Positions 1-10,962 are shown, counted from the stretch's first letter. The stretch: 64,000 bases of DNA from Alphaproteobacteria bacterium (GCA_965227515.1 CBDDFZ010000001.1:1280001-1344000), one strand, 5' to 3'. The notes: generated by a model not told the origin, from the sequence alone. Made by a program: numbers and translations.

Positions 1-60
1 CCTGGCCCGATATTCGTTCGGGCCCGACGATCAGTTCGATTCACGACGGGACCATACGGC

Positions 61-1227
61 ATGAGCATGCGCGACGACTTGACGCCTCCACCCCTGGACG
101 AGGCGGCGCCGGTCGACGAAGTGGACGCCGCGACCGATGCCGAGGAAGCGGCCTTCGACCGCCGCGAGCGGCAGTTCCCCTGCGAGCAATGCGGCAGCAA
201 CCTGGCGTTCAAGCCCGGCACCAGCCACCTGGTCTGCCAGTATTGCGGCCACGACAACCAGATCCCGCAGTCCGAAGCCGACATCAAGGAGCTCGATTTC
301 GAGCAGGCGCTGCGCGATGGCGCCGCGCAGATGGAGATGGAAACGACGCGCGTGGTCCGCTGCGAGGGCTGCGGCGCGGAGTTCACGCTGGACCCGAACA
401 TCCAGGCGGAATCCTGCCCGTTCTGCGACTCTCCACAAGTGGTCGACGGCGGCAGCAACCAGCACATAAAACCGCAGTCGCTGTTGCCGTTCGGCCTGGA
501 CCAGAAGGCCGCACGCGGCGCCTTCGCCAAGTGGCTGGGCGGGCTGTGGTTCGCCCCCAACAAGGTGAAGAAGTACGCCCGGGTCGATGGCGAGCTGAAC
601 GGCATGTATGTGCCGTACTGGACGTACGATGCCGCCACCACCACCCACTATCGCGGCCAGCGCGGCACCCGCTACACGGTCACGGTGGGGTCGGGCCAGA
701 ACCGGCGCACCGTCACCAAGATCCGCTGGCGCAACGTCAGTGGCACGGTGTGGCGCGACTTCGACGATGTGCTGGTGCTGGCCAGCAACACGCTGCCACG
801 CAAGCAGACCGAGCGGCTGGAGCCGTGGGACCTGGAGAATCTGGCCGGCTACGATGACGCCTATCTCGCCGGGTTCCGCGCCGAGAGCTATCAGATCGAC
901 CTGAAGGGCGGCTTCGACCTGGCCAAGAAGATCATGGAGCGCCAGATCCGCCGCGACATCCGCCGCGACATCGGCGGCGATGCCCAGCGCATCCTCTCGA
1001 TGACCACGCAACACCGGAAGGTGACCTACAAGCACGTGCTGCTGCCGATCTGGGTCAGCGCCTACCGGCAGGGCGAGAAGGTCTGGCGCTTCGTTGTCAA
1101 CGCGCGCACCGGCGAAGTCCAGGGCGAGAGGCCGTACAGCTGGGTCAAGATCGGCTTTGCCGTGCTGGCAGTTGTGGTTGTGGCGGCGGCCGCGTGGTAT
1201 GGGTTCGAATACTTCTCGGCGCAATAG
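61..1227 (+). CDS. Multi zinc-ribbon membrane-anchored protein (family often mis-annotated as primosomal protein N')
   Basis: Four CxxC pairs (CEQC, CQYC, CEGC, CPFC), YVPYWTYD motif, VNARTGEV..RP motif and a C-terminal TM helix; no helicase motifs. Confidence 0.75.
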   Translation: MSMRDDLTPPPLDEAAPVDEVDAATDAEEAAFDRRERQFPCEQCGSNLAFKPGTSHLVCQYCGHDNQIPQSEADIKELDFEQALRDGAAQMEMETTRVVRCEGCGAEFTLDPNIQAESCPFCDSPQVVDGGSNQHIKPQSLLPFGLDQKAARGAFAKWLGGLWFAPNKVKKYARVDGELNGMYVPYWTYDAATTTHYRGQRGTRYTVTVGSGQNRRTVTKIRWRNVSGTVWRDFDDVLVLASNTLPRKQTERLEPWDLENLAGYDDAYLAGFRAESYQIDLKGGFDLAKKIMERQIRRDIRRDIGGDAQRILSMTTQHRKVTYKHVLLPIWVSAYRQGEKVWRFVVNARTGEVQGERPYSWVKIGFAVLAVVVVAAAAWYGFEYFSAQ

Positions 1228-1282
1228 ATTTGCAACGAAGACTGTTTCGGTGACGAATGGTTAACGAACGTTCACCTAGGGT

Positions 1283-3052
1283 GTGCGCCACAGGCCGATC
1301 ACATCATATCGGAACCAGGGTTTGGCTACATCGCTGACAGAGCTGCGCACACTACCGGTTGCGGCGGAAGCCGTGCCGGATGCCGATATCTTGTTGGCCG
1401 CCATTGACGACCCGCTGATCGTTGTCGAGACCGACGGCGACCTCCTGCCGGCCAACGAACCGGCCCAGTCGCTGGTTGACCGGTACGCCGATGCCGATCC
1501 GTCTCCGCTCGCCGAAATTTTGACCAAGAACGCCGGCCGCGTGGCCGCCAGCGCCAAGGCGACCTCCGAGGTCGTCATGCTGGCGGATACCGGCTGCATC
1601 AAGGTGGTGACCTGGCCGATGCCGGACGGGCGCGCCCTGTGCCTGGTGCGCGACGCCAGCGTCGAGATGAGCCTGCGCAACGTGCTGGTGTCGTCCCGCC
1701 AGCGCTACAAGGACCTGGTCGAGGCGGTTGCGGACTTCGTGTGGGAATGCGACCCCGCCGGGTCGTTCGTCCACATCTCGCACCATGGCGGCATGGGCTA
1801 TGACGCCGACGACCTGATCGGCCGTGACCCGGACAAGTTCGTCGCATCCCGCAGCGCGGCACGCTGGCCGGCGACGGCGACAGAGCCGGTGCACGGCCTG
1901 GACGTGTGGGTGACCGGCGCCGCGGGCAAGGATATCTGCCTGACACTGGACGCCGTGCCGTTCGACGACGGCGTGGACGGCCGGCGGGGCGTGCGCGGCA
2001 TCGCCCGCGATGTCACCGAGGTGCGGATGCGCGACCAGCAACTGGCGCGCGCCCAGACCCGCGAGCGCATGGTCAGCAGCATCCTGCAGGCGATGCGCAC
2101 CGAATGGCGGCCCATTGACATGCTGCGTGCCGCCGCCGGCACCATCCGGCGTGAGTTCGGGGCGCTGGCCTGCGCCATCTATCGGCCGGACCAGGACCCG
2201 GCCGACGATGCACCGCTGGTTGCCGCCGGAACGCCGCTGGAGCCGCAGAGGACCCGCCGCCTGCGCCGCGCGCTGGCGACCGACGCCCTGGTGATGCACG
2301 ACACCTCCATTGCCTGCCCGGCGCTGGGCATGGCGCTGCAATGCCGCGGCCGGCGCATGGGCGTGCTCGTGGTCTGGCGTGCCGCCGACCGGCCGGCATG
2401 GTCCGACAGCGACCTCAGCATGCTGCATGCGCTGGAAGTGCAAATCGGCACCGTGCTGCAGCAGCTCGCCGACTTCGAGCGGTTGGCGGAGCTGTCCCGC
2501 ACCGACGAGCTGACCGGCCTGTTGAACCGGCGGGCGTTCACCGACGACATCACCTCCGCCATGGCGCGCGCGCGTCGTGTCAGCCAGCCGGCGGCGCTTC
2601 TGTACGTCGATCTGGACAACTTCAAGCTGTTGAACGACATGCACGGCCACGATGCCGGCGACAACGCCCTGCGCGAAGTGGCGGCGGTGCTGACCCGTGC
2701 CGTGCGCCCGTACGACATTGCCGCGCGGATCGGCGGCGACGAGTTCGCGCTGTGGCTGGAGGATATCGAGCCCGCCGCGGCCGCCCGCCGCGCCCGCCGC
2801 CTGCTGGGCGATCTGCGCCGCTGGGCGATGTTGCAGCCCGGCACCTCGCGCCCGCTCGGGGCGTCCATCGGCGTTGCGGTCTTCGATCCCAAGGCCGAAG
2901 AGCCGGCAGCCGCCTTCATCGACCGGGCCGACCGGGCGATGTATCGGGCCAAACAGGCCGGGCGCAACCGCATCTCCATCGCCCGCGCGCCGAAAGCCCC
3001 GGCGGACAAGGCCGCCAAGGCGGCAGGCGACACCCGGGCGAAAAAGGCTTAG
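1283..3052 (+). CDS. PAS/GAF sensor diguanylate cyclase
   Basis: DELTGLLNRR, DLDNFK..ND..GH..GD, RIGGDEF and ADRAMYRAK motifs; PAS-like and GAF-like segments upstream; start uncertain. Confidence 0.9.
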   Translation: MRHRPITSYRNQGLATSLTELRTLPVAAEAVPDADILLAAIDDPLIVVETDGDLLPANEPAQSLVDRYADADPSPLAEILTKNAGRVAASAKATSEVVMLADTGCIKVVTWPMPDGRALCLVRDASVEMSLRNVLVSSRQRYKDLVEAVADFVWECDPAGSFVHISHHGGMGYDADDLIGRDPDKFVASRSAARWPATATEPVHGLDVWVTGAAGKDICLTLDAVPFDDGVDGRRGVRGIARDVTEVRMRDQQLARAQTRERMVSSILQAMRTEWRPIDMLRAAAGTIRREFGALACAIYRPDQDPADDAPLVAAGTPLEPQRTRRLRRALATDALVMHDTSIACPALGMALQCRGRRMGVLVVWRAADRPAWSDSDLSMLHALEVQIGTVLQQLADFERLAELSRTDELTGLLNRRAFTDDITSAMARARRVSQPAALLYVDLDNFKLLNDMHGHDAGDNALREVAAVLTRAVRPYDIAARIGGDEFALWLEDIEPAAAARRARRLLGDLRRWAMLQPGTSRPLGASIGVAVFDPKAEEPAAAFIDRADRAMYRAKQAGRNRISIARAPKAPADKAAKAAGDTRAKKA

Positions 3053-3334
3053 GCCCAAATAGTATCTGGCGTTTCGCACCCGCCCGAGGGTGCGAAAGCG
3101 TTGATTTTGCGCGCCTTTCGCAGCCCGCAACTCCCGCCGACCCCCCTACAGCTTACTCCCCTTGGACGGATTGTCCGGGCACGGGGCGCGTCGTATCTGG
3201 AGTCCAGGCACCCATCTCGAAACTCCGCTCGGCGAGTGCTCACACGACAATTGGGGCATGTCATCAGGAGGGGGCGGCATGGGCACCGGCGCAAGGCCGG
3301 TCCCGGCCGGATGACGCGCAGAGGAGACCAGGCC

Positions 3335-4180
3335 GTGAAGATTAGCTCTAGTACCAAGGCGAAGATCAAGGAACTCGGCGAGGACGTGGCGCCGGAAGTG
3401 TTGGCGATCGGGCTCGGCCAGACCGCCGGCGTGATCGAGGAGTTTTCCGGCTTCCCGGTGACGTTGCTGCTGGAAGCCGGCATGACGATCTACGAGATCA
3501 TCGAGGCGGTCGAGAAGAACGAGATGATCGCCAACCCGAAGCTGATGCTGCACGGGTTGGGCGAGGGCAACTCGCCCCAGGTCAAACACTACATGCGCGT
3601 CCGCAAGGCCAAGAAGATCGGCGGCGCGATTTACAGCTTCACCGGCACCGGCCTGCAGGTCGGGTTGGACGTGGCCGGCTTCGGCATGGGCGGCGTCGAC
3701 GCGTTCGGCCTGGCCAAGCACGGCGCGGCCGAAGCCTCCACCGTTGCTCACCTGACGCGGCTGGCGATCCTGTCGCGTAAGGTCAAGGGCAGCCGCTATC
3801 TGACCGATCTCTTGGAAGACATCGTCAAGGTCAAGCTGGCCAAGGCCACGGTGCGCGGGGGCAAGTTGGCGGCGGCCGCCATCCCCAACTCCATCGCGTC
3901 CAACGTGGTGTCGATCGCCGTGTCACTGGGGGCGGCCACGGCGTCGTCGCTGTTGAAGGAACTGGTCAACCGGGTGGCCTGCGAGCTCCATTGGCGCGCC
4001 TATCAGGAACTGACCATCGGCCGCGTCCATGGTGGTGGCTTCGGTCCGGCGTGCAAGATGGTGCAGGAGATCATGAACCACACCTTATCGACCGACTTCG
4101 TACCGACGCCCGACACCAAGAAGTTCTTGCTGGAGCCGGGCGGCTATCTGGTGATCAAGGACAAGCTGAGCATGCTGTGA
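3335..4180 (+). CDS. Hypothetical protein, alpha-helical with Gly/Ala-rich hydrophobic segments
   Basis: GAGGAG RBS before GTG at 3335; host-like codon usage; no recognisable family. Confidence 0.7.
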   Translation: MKISSSTKAKIKELGEDVAPEVLAIGLGQTAGVIEEFSGFPVTLLLEAGMTIYEIIEAVEKNEMIANPKLMLHGLGEGNSPQVKHYMRVRKAKKIGGAIYSFTGTGLQVGLDVAGFGMGGVDAFGLAKHGAAEASTVAHLTRLAILSRKVKGSRYLTDLLEDIVKVKLAKATVRGGKLAAAAIPNSIASNVVSIAVSLGAATASSLLKELVNRVACELHWRAYQELTIGRVHGGGFGPACKMVQEIMNHTLSTDFVPTPDTKKFLLEPGGYLVIKDKLSML

Positions 4181-4224
4181 TGCTGGTGCCGCGCGCTGCG
4201 GTTCTCGCTCGATAGTGACGGCCC

Positions 4225-4259
4225 GGCCGTCCGGCGATGGCAAGCATCGCCGGGCGGTC
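4225..4259 (+). terminator. Strong stem-loop after the 3335..4180 gene
   Basis: ggccgtccggcgatg-gcaag-catcgccgggcggtc; only a weak U-tract. Confidence 0.45.
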
Positions 4260-4411
4260 GTTGCTTGTGGTGGGTGCGAACGTCGGTCAAGATGGCGTGG
4301 CAAGACGCGTGGACGATGGGATCTGACACCGCCTGGTGGATGGCGCGACTGGCCGGACAACCCAGGGAACTGGGCGGTCGGCGCGCCGCTGGGCTTGGGA
4401 GAGTGTGTCGC

Positions 4412-5083
4412 ATGCCCACCGTCAACAACACCAACAGCACCGTCATTGCCCGCGCCAACTGCGCCTGCTGTGCGTTCGGCGCGCTGTTCAACCTGAGCGC
4501 GCACGATGTGATGACCCAGATTTACGGCATGCTGGGCCGCAACGTGCCCAGCGGCAGCAGCCAGGAAAATGCCGGCGACGACGCCTTCGCCATAATCTGG
4601 ATGGAGGCGCACAACGAGCAGCCCGGTACGGGCCTGCACCTGCTGGAGCAGCAGCTTGGCGGGGTTGTCCAGATGCTTCAGCACAAGGGTGTGCAATGCA
4701 CGCAGCTTGGCACCGTGCAACAGCCGCTGACCAAGTGGCAGGCGATCCAGACGGTCAGGCGGTTGCCGGAGGGCACCCGTTTCCTCTGCCTGACCGGCGA
4801 GAACATGGGGGCCGGCATGGCGTTGCAGCCGCACTGGACCTATAGCCAGGTCGAAGACGGTGTCGGCATGTACTACGACTACCAATTGAACACGACCGAT
4901 CCCCATGTGACCGACCAGCTCAACTACGCCCACCAGCGGACGCTGGATTTCAGGGCCCGCTTGCGGCATCGTCCGCAGGACAATCTGTGGGGCCGCCCGC
5001 TTGTGTCGATGGAACCTCTTGGACCGCTGGGGCAGCGGCTCGACGATGACCAGGGCCGCGCGGTTGTGTTGCAGATCCACTGA
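4412..5083 (+). CDS. Hypothetical protein, candidate papain-fold toxin/deamidase (Tox-PL-like)
   Basis: GGGAGAG RBS; ordered motifs NCACC ... PHWTY ... YYDYQ resemble the Cys-His-(D.Q) signature of papain-fold toxins. Confidence 0.55.
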   Translation: MPTVNNTNSTVIARANCACCAFGALFNLSAHDVMTQIYGMLGRNVPSGSSQENAGDDAFAIIWMEAHNEQPGTGLHLLEQQLGGVVQMLQHKGVQCTQLGTVQQPLTKWQAIQTVRRLPEGTRFLCLTGENMGAGMALQPHWTYSQVEDGVGMYYDYQLNTTDPHVTDQLNYAHQRTLDFRARLRHRPQDNLWGRPLVSMEPLGPLGQRLDDDQGRAVVLQIH

Positions 5084-5115
5084 CGGTTTCTATGGGCCAT
5101 GGCGGGCGACGTTTG

Positions 5116-5769
5116 ATGCTGACGGTTTGGGGGCGGGCGACCTCGTCCAACGTACAGGCGCTGATGTGGTGCATCGGCGAGCTTGGGCTGGCGTATGAGC
5201 GCCACGATATCGGCCACCGCTACGGCGGCACCGATACCGACGCGTTCTTCGCGCTGAACCCGAACCGGACCGTGCCGGTGATCCAGGACGGCGACAACCC
5301 GCCGCTGTGGGAGACCGGCGCCATCCTGCGCTATCTCGCCGCCCGCTATGGCGCGGCCGCGCTGGGTGACGCCTTCTGGCCCAGCGACCTGATGGCGCGC
5401 ACCGAGGTCGACCGGTGGACCGAGTGGGCGAAGCTCAACGTGGCGCTGACTTTCACCCGGCCAATCTTCTGGAAGGTGGTGCGCACCGCGCCCGGCGCGC
5501 GCGACCACGCCGCCATCCGCGCCGGCATCGACCATTTCGAGGCCAACCTGGCCATCGCGGCACCGCGGCTTGGCGCGCACGCCTATCTGGCCGGCGACGA
5601 CTTCACCCTGGCCGATATCCAGTTCGGCCATGTGCTCTATCGCTACTATGACATCGACATCGCGCGCGCCGACCTGCCCGCGGTCGCCGACTACTACCAG
5701 CGGCTGACCGAACGCCCCGCGTTCCGCGAGCATGTGATGATCTCGTACGAGGAATTGCGGGTGCTCTGA
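5116..5769 (+). CDS. Glutathione S-transferase (GstB/YliJ-like)
   Basis: WGRATSSNVQ N-terminus, LNPNRTVPV, LWETGAILRYL, YLAGDDFTLADI. Confidence 0.9.
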   Translation: MLTVWGRATSSNVQALMWCIGELGLAYERHDIGHRYGGTDTDAFFALNPNRTVPVIQDGDNPPLWETGAILRYLAARYGAAALGDAFWPSDLMARTEVDRWTEWAKLNVALTFTRPIFWKVVRTAPGARDHAAIRAGIDHFEANLAIAAPRLGAHAYLAGDDFTLADIQFGHVLYRYYDIDIARADLPAVADYYQRLTERPAFREHVMISYEELRVL

Positions 5770-5831
5770 CCGGCGCGCGTCACCCGCGCCACATCGACAA
5801 AGCCCGCGCGCTCCAACATACTCGCCGGCCC

Positions 5832-8823
5832 ATGGCCGACCGCGACTGGACAATCGACGCCGCACACCTGCCCCGGCATGCCAACGAGGGCACGCTGGAG
5901 CGCGGCCGCGATGACTGGGCGGCCGCCATCGACGCATGCGATCCCGCCGAGGCGGACAGGGCTGCGCGCGCCCGGTTGCGCGAGGGCGAGAATGCCGCGC
6001 TGTTCGACGCGGTCTTCGCCAACTCGCCATTTCTGACCCAGCTCGCGCTGCGCCATGTGCCGTTGTGTGCGCGGCTGCTGGCGACCGGCCCGGACGCGGC
6101 CATGGCGCACATCCTGGACGGTCTCGAGCAGGCGTTCGCCGATCCGCTGTCGACGGCCGACGCCGGGCGCATGCTGCGCCGCGCGCGCCAGCAAGCCGCC
6201 CTGGTGGTCGGTCTGGCGGACCTGGCGGGTGTGTGGACCTTGGCCGAGGTCACCGGCGCACTGACGGACTTCGCCGACCTGGCGGTGCGGCTGGCGCTGC
6301 GTACGCTGATCCGCGAGGGCGGGACGCGCAAGGCCTGGACGCTGCCGGACGTCCCGGACCCGGAGCGGCATTTCGGCCTGGTCTGCCTGGGCATGGGCAA
6401 GCTCGGCGCGCGCGAGCTCAACTACTCGTCCGACATCGACCTGGTGCTGTTCCATGACGACCAGTGGATCGACGGCGCCCGGGCCGGGGAACTGAACACC
6501 GCGTTCGGGCGGGTCGCGCGTGGTCTCACCGGGCTGATGGATAACCGCACGGTCGACGGCTACGTCTTCCGCACCGACCTGCGCCTGCGCCCCGACCCGG
6601 GCGCGACCCCGCCGGTTATCGCCCTGTCGGCGGCCGAGACCTACTACCACTCGGTCGGCCAGACCTGGGAGCGGGCGGCGATGATCAAGGCCCGCGCCAT
6701 CTGCGGCCATCCCGGCGCGGTGAAGGATGCCCAATCCATCCTGCACCCGTTCGTCTGGCGCAAGCACCTGGACTTCTATGCCATCGCCGATGTGCACGCG
6801 ATCAAGAACCAGATCCACGCCCACAAGGGCGGTGCGAAAATCACCGTGCGCGGCCACAACATCAAGCTGGGGCGCGGCGGCATTCGCGAGATTGAGTTCT
6901 TCGCCCAGACCCAGCAGTTGATCTGGGGCGGGCGGCTGCCGGCGCTGCGGGTGCCGGCGACGACGAAGGCGATCGCGGCCCTGCAGAGCGCCGACCTGAT
7001 CGGCGCCAAGACCGCCGAGGAGATGGTCGCCTCCTACGCCTATCTGCGCAAACTCGAACACCGCCTGCAGATGATCGACGACCGCCAGACCCACACGGTG
7101 CCGGAGGACGACGAGGGCCTGGCCCATATCGCCGCGTTCATGGGCTATCCCGACGCCGAGCCGTTCGCCGCCGACCTGACCGCCCATCTGGAACGGGTCC
7201 ACCGCCACTATGCGGTGCTGTTCGAGGAGGCTGCCCGGCCGCGCAGCACGCCGGGCAATCTGGTCTTCACCGGCTCCGACAACGACCCGGAGACGATGGA
7301 GACCCTCCGCGGGCTGGGCTTCGAGGATCCGGAGCGGATCGCGCCGCTGGTTCGTTCCTGGTTCGCCGGGCGCTACCGCGCCATGCGCACCGAGCGGGCC
7401 AACCACCTGCTGACGACGATGCTGCCCGACATCTTGGCCGCGTTCGGCCGCACCTCGTCGCCCGATGCGGCGGTTGTGCGGTTCGACCGGTTCATCAGCG
7501 GGCTGCCGTCGGGCGTGCAGTTGTTCTCGCTGCTTTATGCCAACCGCCACCTGATCGCGCTGTTGACCGAACTTCTGGGCACGGCACCCCGGCTGGCCGA
7601 GCTGCTGGCGGCCGACAGCGGCCTGTTCGACGCGGTGCTGCAGCCCGGCTTCTTCGAGGACCTGCCGACCCGTGAACGGATCGACGCGACGCTAGCCGAG
7701 CGGCTGGAACAGGCGGGCGATTATCAGGACGCGCTCGATACGGTGCGCCGGATGGCGGCGGAAGTGCGCTTCCAGGTCGGGGTGCAGATGATCCACGGCG
7801 GCCAGACGGTCGATGCCGCCGGCAACGCGCTGAGCGACCTGGCGGACGCCGTGATCTGCGCCCTGCTGCCCTGGGTGGCCGACGACTTCGCGCAGAAGTA
7901 CGGAACCCTGCCCGGCGGCGCGTTCGCGGTGGTGGCGCTAGGCAAGCTCGGCAGCCGGGAGCTGGACCGAGCGGTCGGACCTGGACCTCGTCTTCATCTA
8001 CGATGTCGAGGACGAGAGCGCACGCTCCACCGGACCGCGCGAAATCGGCGCCGGCCAGTACTACGCCCAGTTCTGCCACCGCCTGATCGCAGCACTGACC
8101 GCGCCAACCGCGGAGGGCAAGCTCTACGAGGTAGACCTGCGGCTGCGCCCGTCCGGCAAGAACGCGCCGATCGCGGTCACCGCCGATGCCTTCGCCGCCT
8201 ACCACGAGGAGGCCGCGTGGACCTGGGAGCATCTGGCGCTGACCCGCGCGCGCATCGTCACCGCGCCGCCGACGCTTGCCGCGCGCATCTCCACGGCGAT
8301 CAACGCGGTCATCGCGCTGCCCCGCGATCCGGGTGAGCTCGCCGTCAGCGTCGACGACATGCGCCGCCGGGTGCAGAAGGAATTCGGCACCTCCGACTTC
8401 TGGCAGGTCAAGCACGTCGACGGCGGCCTGTTCGACCTGGACTTCATCGTCCAGTACCAGGTGCTGTGCCACGGCCAGAAGGTCGCCGGCCGTCGCCGCG
8501 ACAACGGCACCTGGCTGGAGGCGCTGGAGGAAGCGGGCGCGGTAAGCCGTGAGATGGCGCATAGCCTGCAGGCCGACCTTGGCCTGTGGCGCACCGTCCA
8601 GGCATTGCTGCGGCTGACGGTCGAGCAGCGCTTCGATCCGGAGGCAGCACCGGCCGCGCTCCGCGCCATGCTGGTGCGCGCCACCGGGGCCATTGACTTT
8701 GACGCCCTGACCGCGCAGATCGCAGATGCGGCGGCGGATGTGCGCCGCCACTATGACGAAATCATCGGCGCGCCCGCCGAAGCGGCACGGCGCGCATCCG
8801 AACAGCAGGAGGAAACAGCATGA
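5832..8823 (+). pseudogene. glnE: Bifunctional glutamine synthetase adenylyltransferase, frameshifted by one extra G near 7964-7965 (real lesion or assembly error)
   Basis: GMGKLGARELNYSSDIDL, DLRLRPDPG, NIKLGRGGIREIEF. The second domain GKLGSREL-TERSDLDLVFIY, YEVDLRLRPSG reads in frame only if one G is removed from gagctgGaccgag. Confidence 0.9.
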
Positions 8824-9284
8824 GCTTGGACGTCGGTGACAAGGCGCCCGATTTCTCGATGCCCACCGATGGCGGCGGGTCGGTCTCGCTGGCCGACCTG
8901 AAGGGCAAGAACGTGGTGCTCTATTTCTACCCGAAGGACGACACGCCGGGCTGCACCAAGGAGGCCTGCGGTTTTCGCGACAACCTGCCCGATTTCACAG
9001 GCGCCAACGCCACCATCATCGGCGTGTCGAAGGACAGCCCGGCCAAGCACGACAAGTTCAAGGAGAAGTACGAGCTGCCGTTCACCCTGGCCTCCGACGA
9101 GGACGGCAAGGTGTGCGAGGCCTATGGCGTGTGGGTGGAGAAGAAGAACTACGGCCGCACCTACATGGGCATCGACCGCTCGACCTTCCTGATCGACGGT
9201 GAAGGCGTGCTGCGTGGCGTGTGGCGCAAGGTTCGCGTCGACGGCCATGTCGACAAGGTGCTGGCGGCGGCGAAGGATCTGTGA
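8820..9284 (+). CDS. bcp: Thioredoxin-dependent peroxiredoxin Bcp
   Basis: LYFYPKDDTPGCTKEACGFRD; usual position after glnE. Confidence 0.95.
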   Translation: MSLDVGDKAPDFSMPTDGGGSVSLADLKGKNVVLYFYPKDDTPGCTKEACGFRDNLPDFTGANATIIGVSKDSPAKHDKFKEKYELPFTLASDEDGKVCEAYGVWVEKKNYGRTYMGIDRSTFLIDGEGVLRGVWRKVRVDGHVDKVLAAAKDL

Positions 9285-10135
9285 CCGTCGCAGTCCAAAC
9301 ATTGCGTGGCCGCGCGCGCGCCGTCCTGGCGACGGGCGATGCGCGCGGCAAGGCGGCGGCGTCGCGGGCGGCCGCCGCGTGGTGGCGGGGTGCCGGCGCC
9401 CCATCCAATGATCGCGCGCTGGGCGACGCCGGTGCGCCGGACCGGCCGGGACGTCCCGCACGTCCCCGGCTGGTGCCGCCGGGCCGCTTGCCACGGCGCA
9501 AGATCGGCGCCGCGCCAGCCGGCCGCATCGCGCTCCTGCATGCCATCGCCCATATCGAGCTCAACGCCATCGACCTGGCCTGGGATATCGTCGCCCGGTT
9601 CGACGTGCCCGACCTGCCGCGCGCGTTCTTCGACGACTGGGTGCGAGTGGGCGACGAGGAGGCGATCCACTTCGGCCTGCTCGCCGACCGGCTGGAGGCG
9701 CTGGGCGCCGCCTATGGCGACCTGGATGCCCATGACGGACTGTGGCAGGCGGCGCGCGACACCGGCCACGACCTCGCGGCCCGGCTGGCGGTGGTGCCGC
9801 TGGTGCTGGAGGCGCGGGGGCTGGACGTCACCCCCGGCATGATCGCCCGGCTGGACGCGGTCGGCGATGCCGACAGCGTTGCCGCGCTGGAGCGCATCTA
9901 TGCCGACGAAGTGGGCCACGTCGCCGCCGGCAAGCGCTGGTTCGAGTGGGTCTGCGCCGCCCGCGGCGAAGATCCGCGCAGCCACTGGATCGAACTGGTC
10001 CGGCGGCATTTCGGCGGCGCCGTGCGACCGCCGTTCAACGACGAGGCCCGCGGCCGAGCCGGGTTGCCGGCGATGTGGTATGGCGCTCTGGGGTACGCCG
10101 CCTTGGACGGCGTGCGGGAGCCGGTCGAGGCATGA
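9281..10135 (+). CDS. Ferritin-like domain protein (DUF455)
   Basis: LLHAIAHIELNAIDLAWD, LEARGLDVTP, DEVGHV, PPFN..AR motifs; GTG overlaps bcp stop. Confidence 0.9.
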   Translation: MTVAVQTLRGRARAVLATGDARGKAAASRAAAAWWRGAGAPSNDRALGDAGAPDRPGRPARPRLVPPGRLPRRKIGAAPAGRIALLHAIAHIELNAIDLAWDIVARFDVPDLPRAFFDDWVRVGDEEAIHFGLLADRLEALGAAYGDLDAHDGLWQAARDTGHDLAARLAVVPLVLEARGLDVTPGMIARLDAVGDADSVAALERIYADEVGHVAAGKRWFEWVCAARGEDPRSHWIELVRRHFGGAVRPPFNDEARGRAGLPAMWYGALGYAALDGVREPVEA

Positions 10136-10932
10136 GGCGCCTTTCCACCATCTGCGCGATGTTGATCGCCTGTCTTTGCATGGCGGCCGGCACGGCCATG
10201 GCGCAGAGCGCGCGCGAGATCGAGGCGGTGCAGGACCGTCTGACCGAGCTTGGCTACGATCCCGGGCCGGTCGACGGCATGCTGGGCAGCCAGACCGCGG
10301 TCGCGGTCGAGGAGTTCCAGGCCGATCTGGGCTTGCCGGTGAACGGCGAGATCGACCTGGCGCTGATCACCCTGCTCGGCGCCCACCCGGACGAGCCGGA
10401 ACCGCTAGAAACGGTGCAGGCGCGGCTGGGCGACATCCTGGGCAGCCCGTGGGACGCGGTGGCAGCCGACGCGGCCCCTGCATACTGGAATCCGCCAAGC
10501 GACACCTCCGGCTGGCCGGCGTTCGGCGACCACGCCACCGCCACCCGGTTCAGCGGCAACGCCACCTTCGTCGACCTGGAGAGCCACCCCGACGCCCGGA
10601 CCTTTCAGTCCGCGCTGGCCCGTGCCATCGGTACACGGCCCGACTTCGCCGGCGCCTATACGCTGGTGCAGATCGGCTGCGGTACGTCCTGCCAGGCGAT
10701 CGCGCTGGTCGATGCCCGCGATGGCGCGGTGTTCTTCGGGCCGACGGCGGAGGCCGGGCTCGACTACCGCGCCGACAGCCGGCTGATCGTCGTCAACCCG
10801 CTGCAGAACCTGCGCGACGCCTATGGCGACGAGATTCCGCTGTGGGCGGCGACCCGGTTCTATGTCTTCGACGGCACAGGTTTTCGGGAGATCAGCGTGG
10901 ATACGGCGGGCACACAGGACGACAGGGAGTAG
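10132..10932 (+). CDS. Secreted peptidoglycan-binding domain protein
   Basis: Signal peptide; VQDRLTELGYDPGPVDG..G.QT..AV..FQ PG_binding_1 motif; C-terminal domain with PDFAG.Y...GCGTSCQ. Confidence 0.8.
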   Translation: MRRLSTICAMLIACLCMAAGTAMAQSAREIEAVQDRLTELGYDPGPVDGMLGSQTAVAVEEFQADLGLPVNGEIDLALITLLGAHPDEPEPLETVQARLGDILGSPWDAVAADAAPAYWNPPSDTSGWPAFGDHATATRFSGNATFVDLESHPDARTFQSALARAIGTRPDFAGAYTLVQIGCGTSCQAIALVDARDGAVFFGPTAEAGLDYRADSRLIVVNPLQNLRDAYGDEIPLWAATRFYVFDGTGFREISVDTAGTQDDRE

Positions 10933-10962
10933 CGCGGCTTAGCAAGCCCAATTCACCCTCTT

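Noticed and set aside
61-1227. PriA / superfamily II helicase
   Set aside because: Only zinc ribbons and a TM helix are present; no Walker A or DExH motifs
1259-1275. CtrA box upstream of the diguanylate cyclase (ggttaacgaacgttcac)
   Set aside because: Spacer is 6 rather than 7 and the second half is imperfect; at best a half-site
8359-8823. Independent 154-aa gene
   Set aside because: It is the C-terminal part of the frameshifted glnE frame
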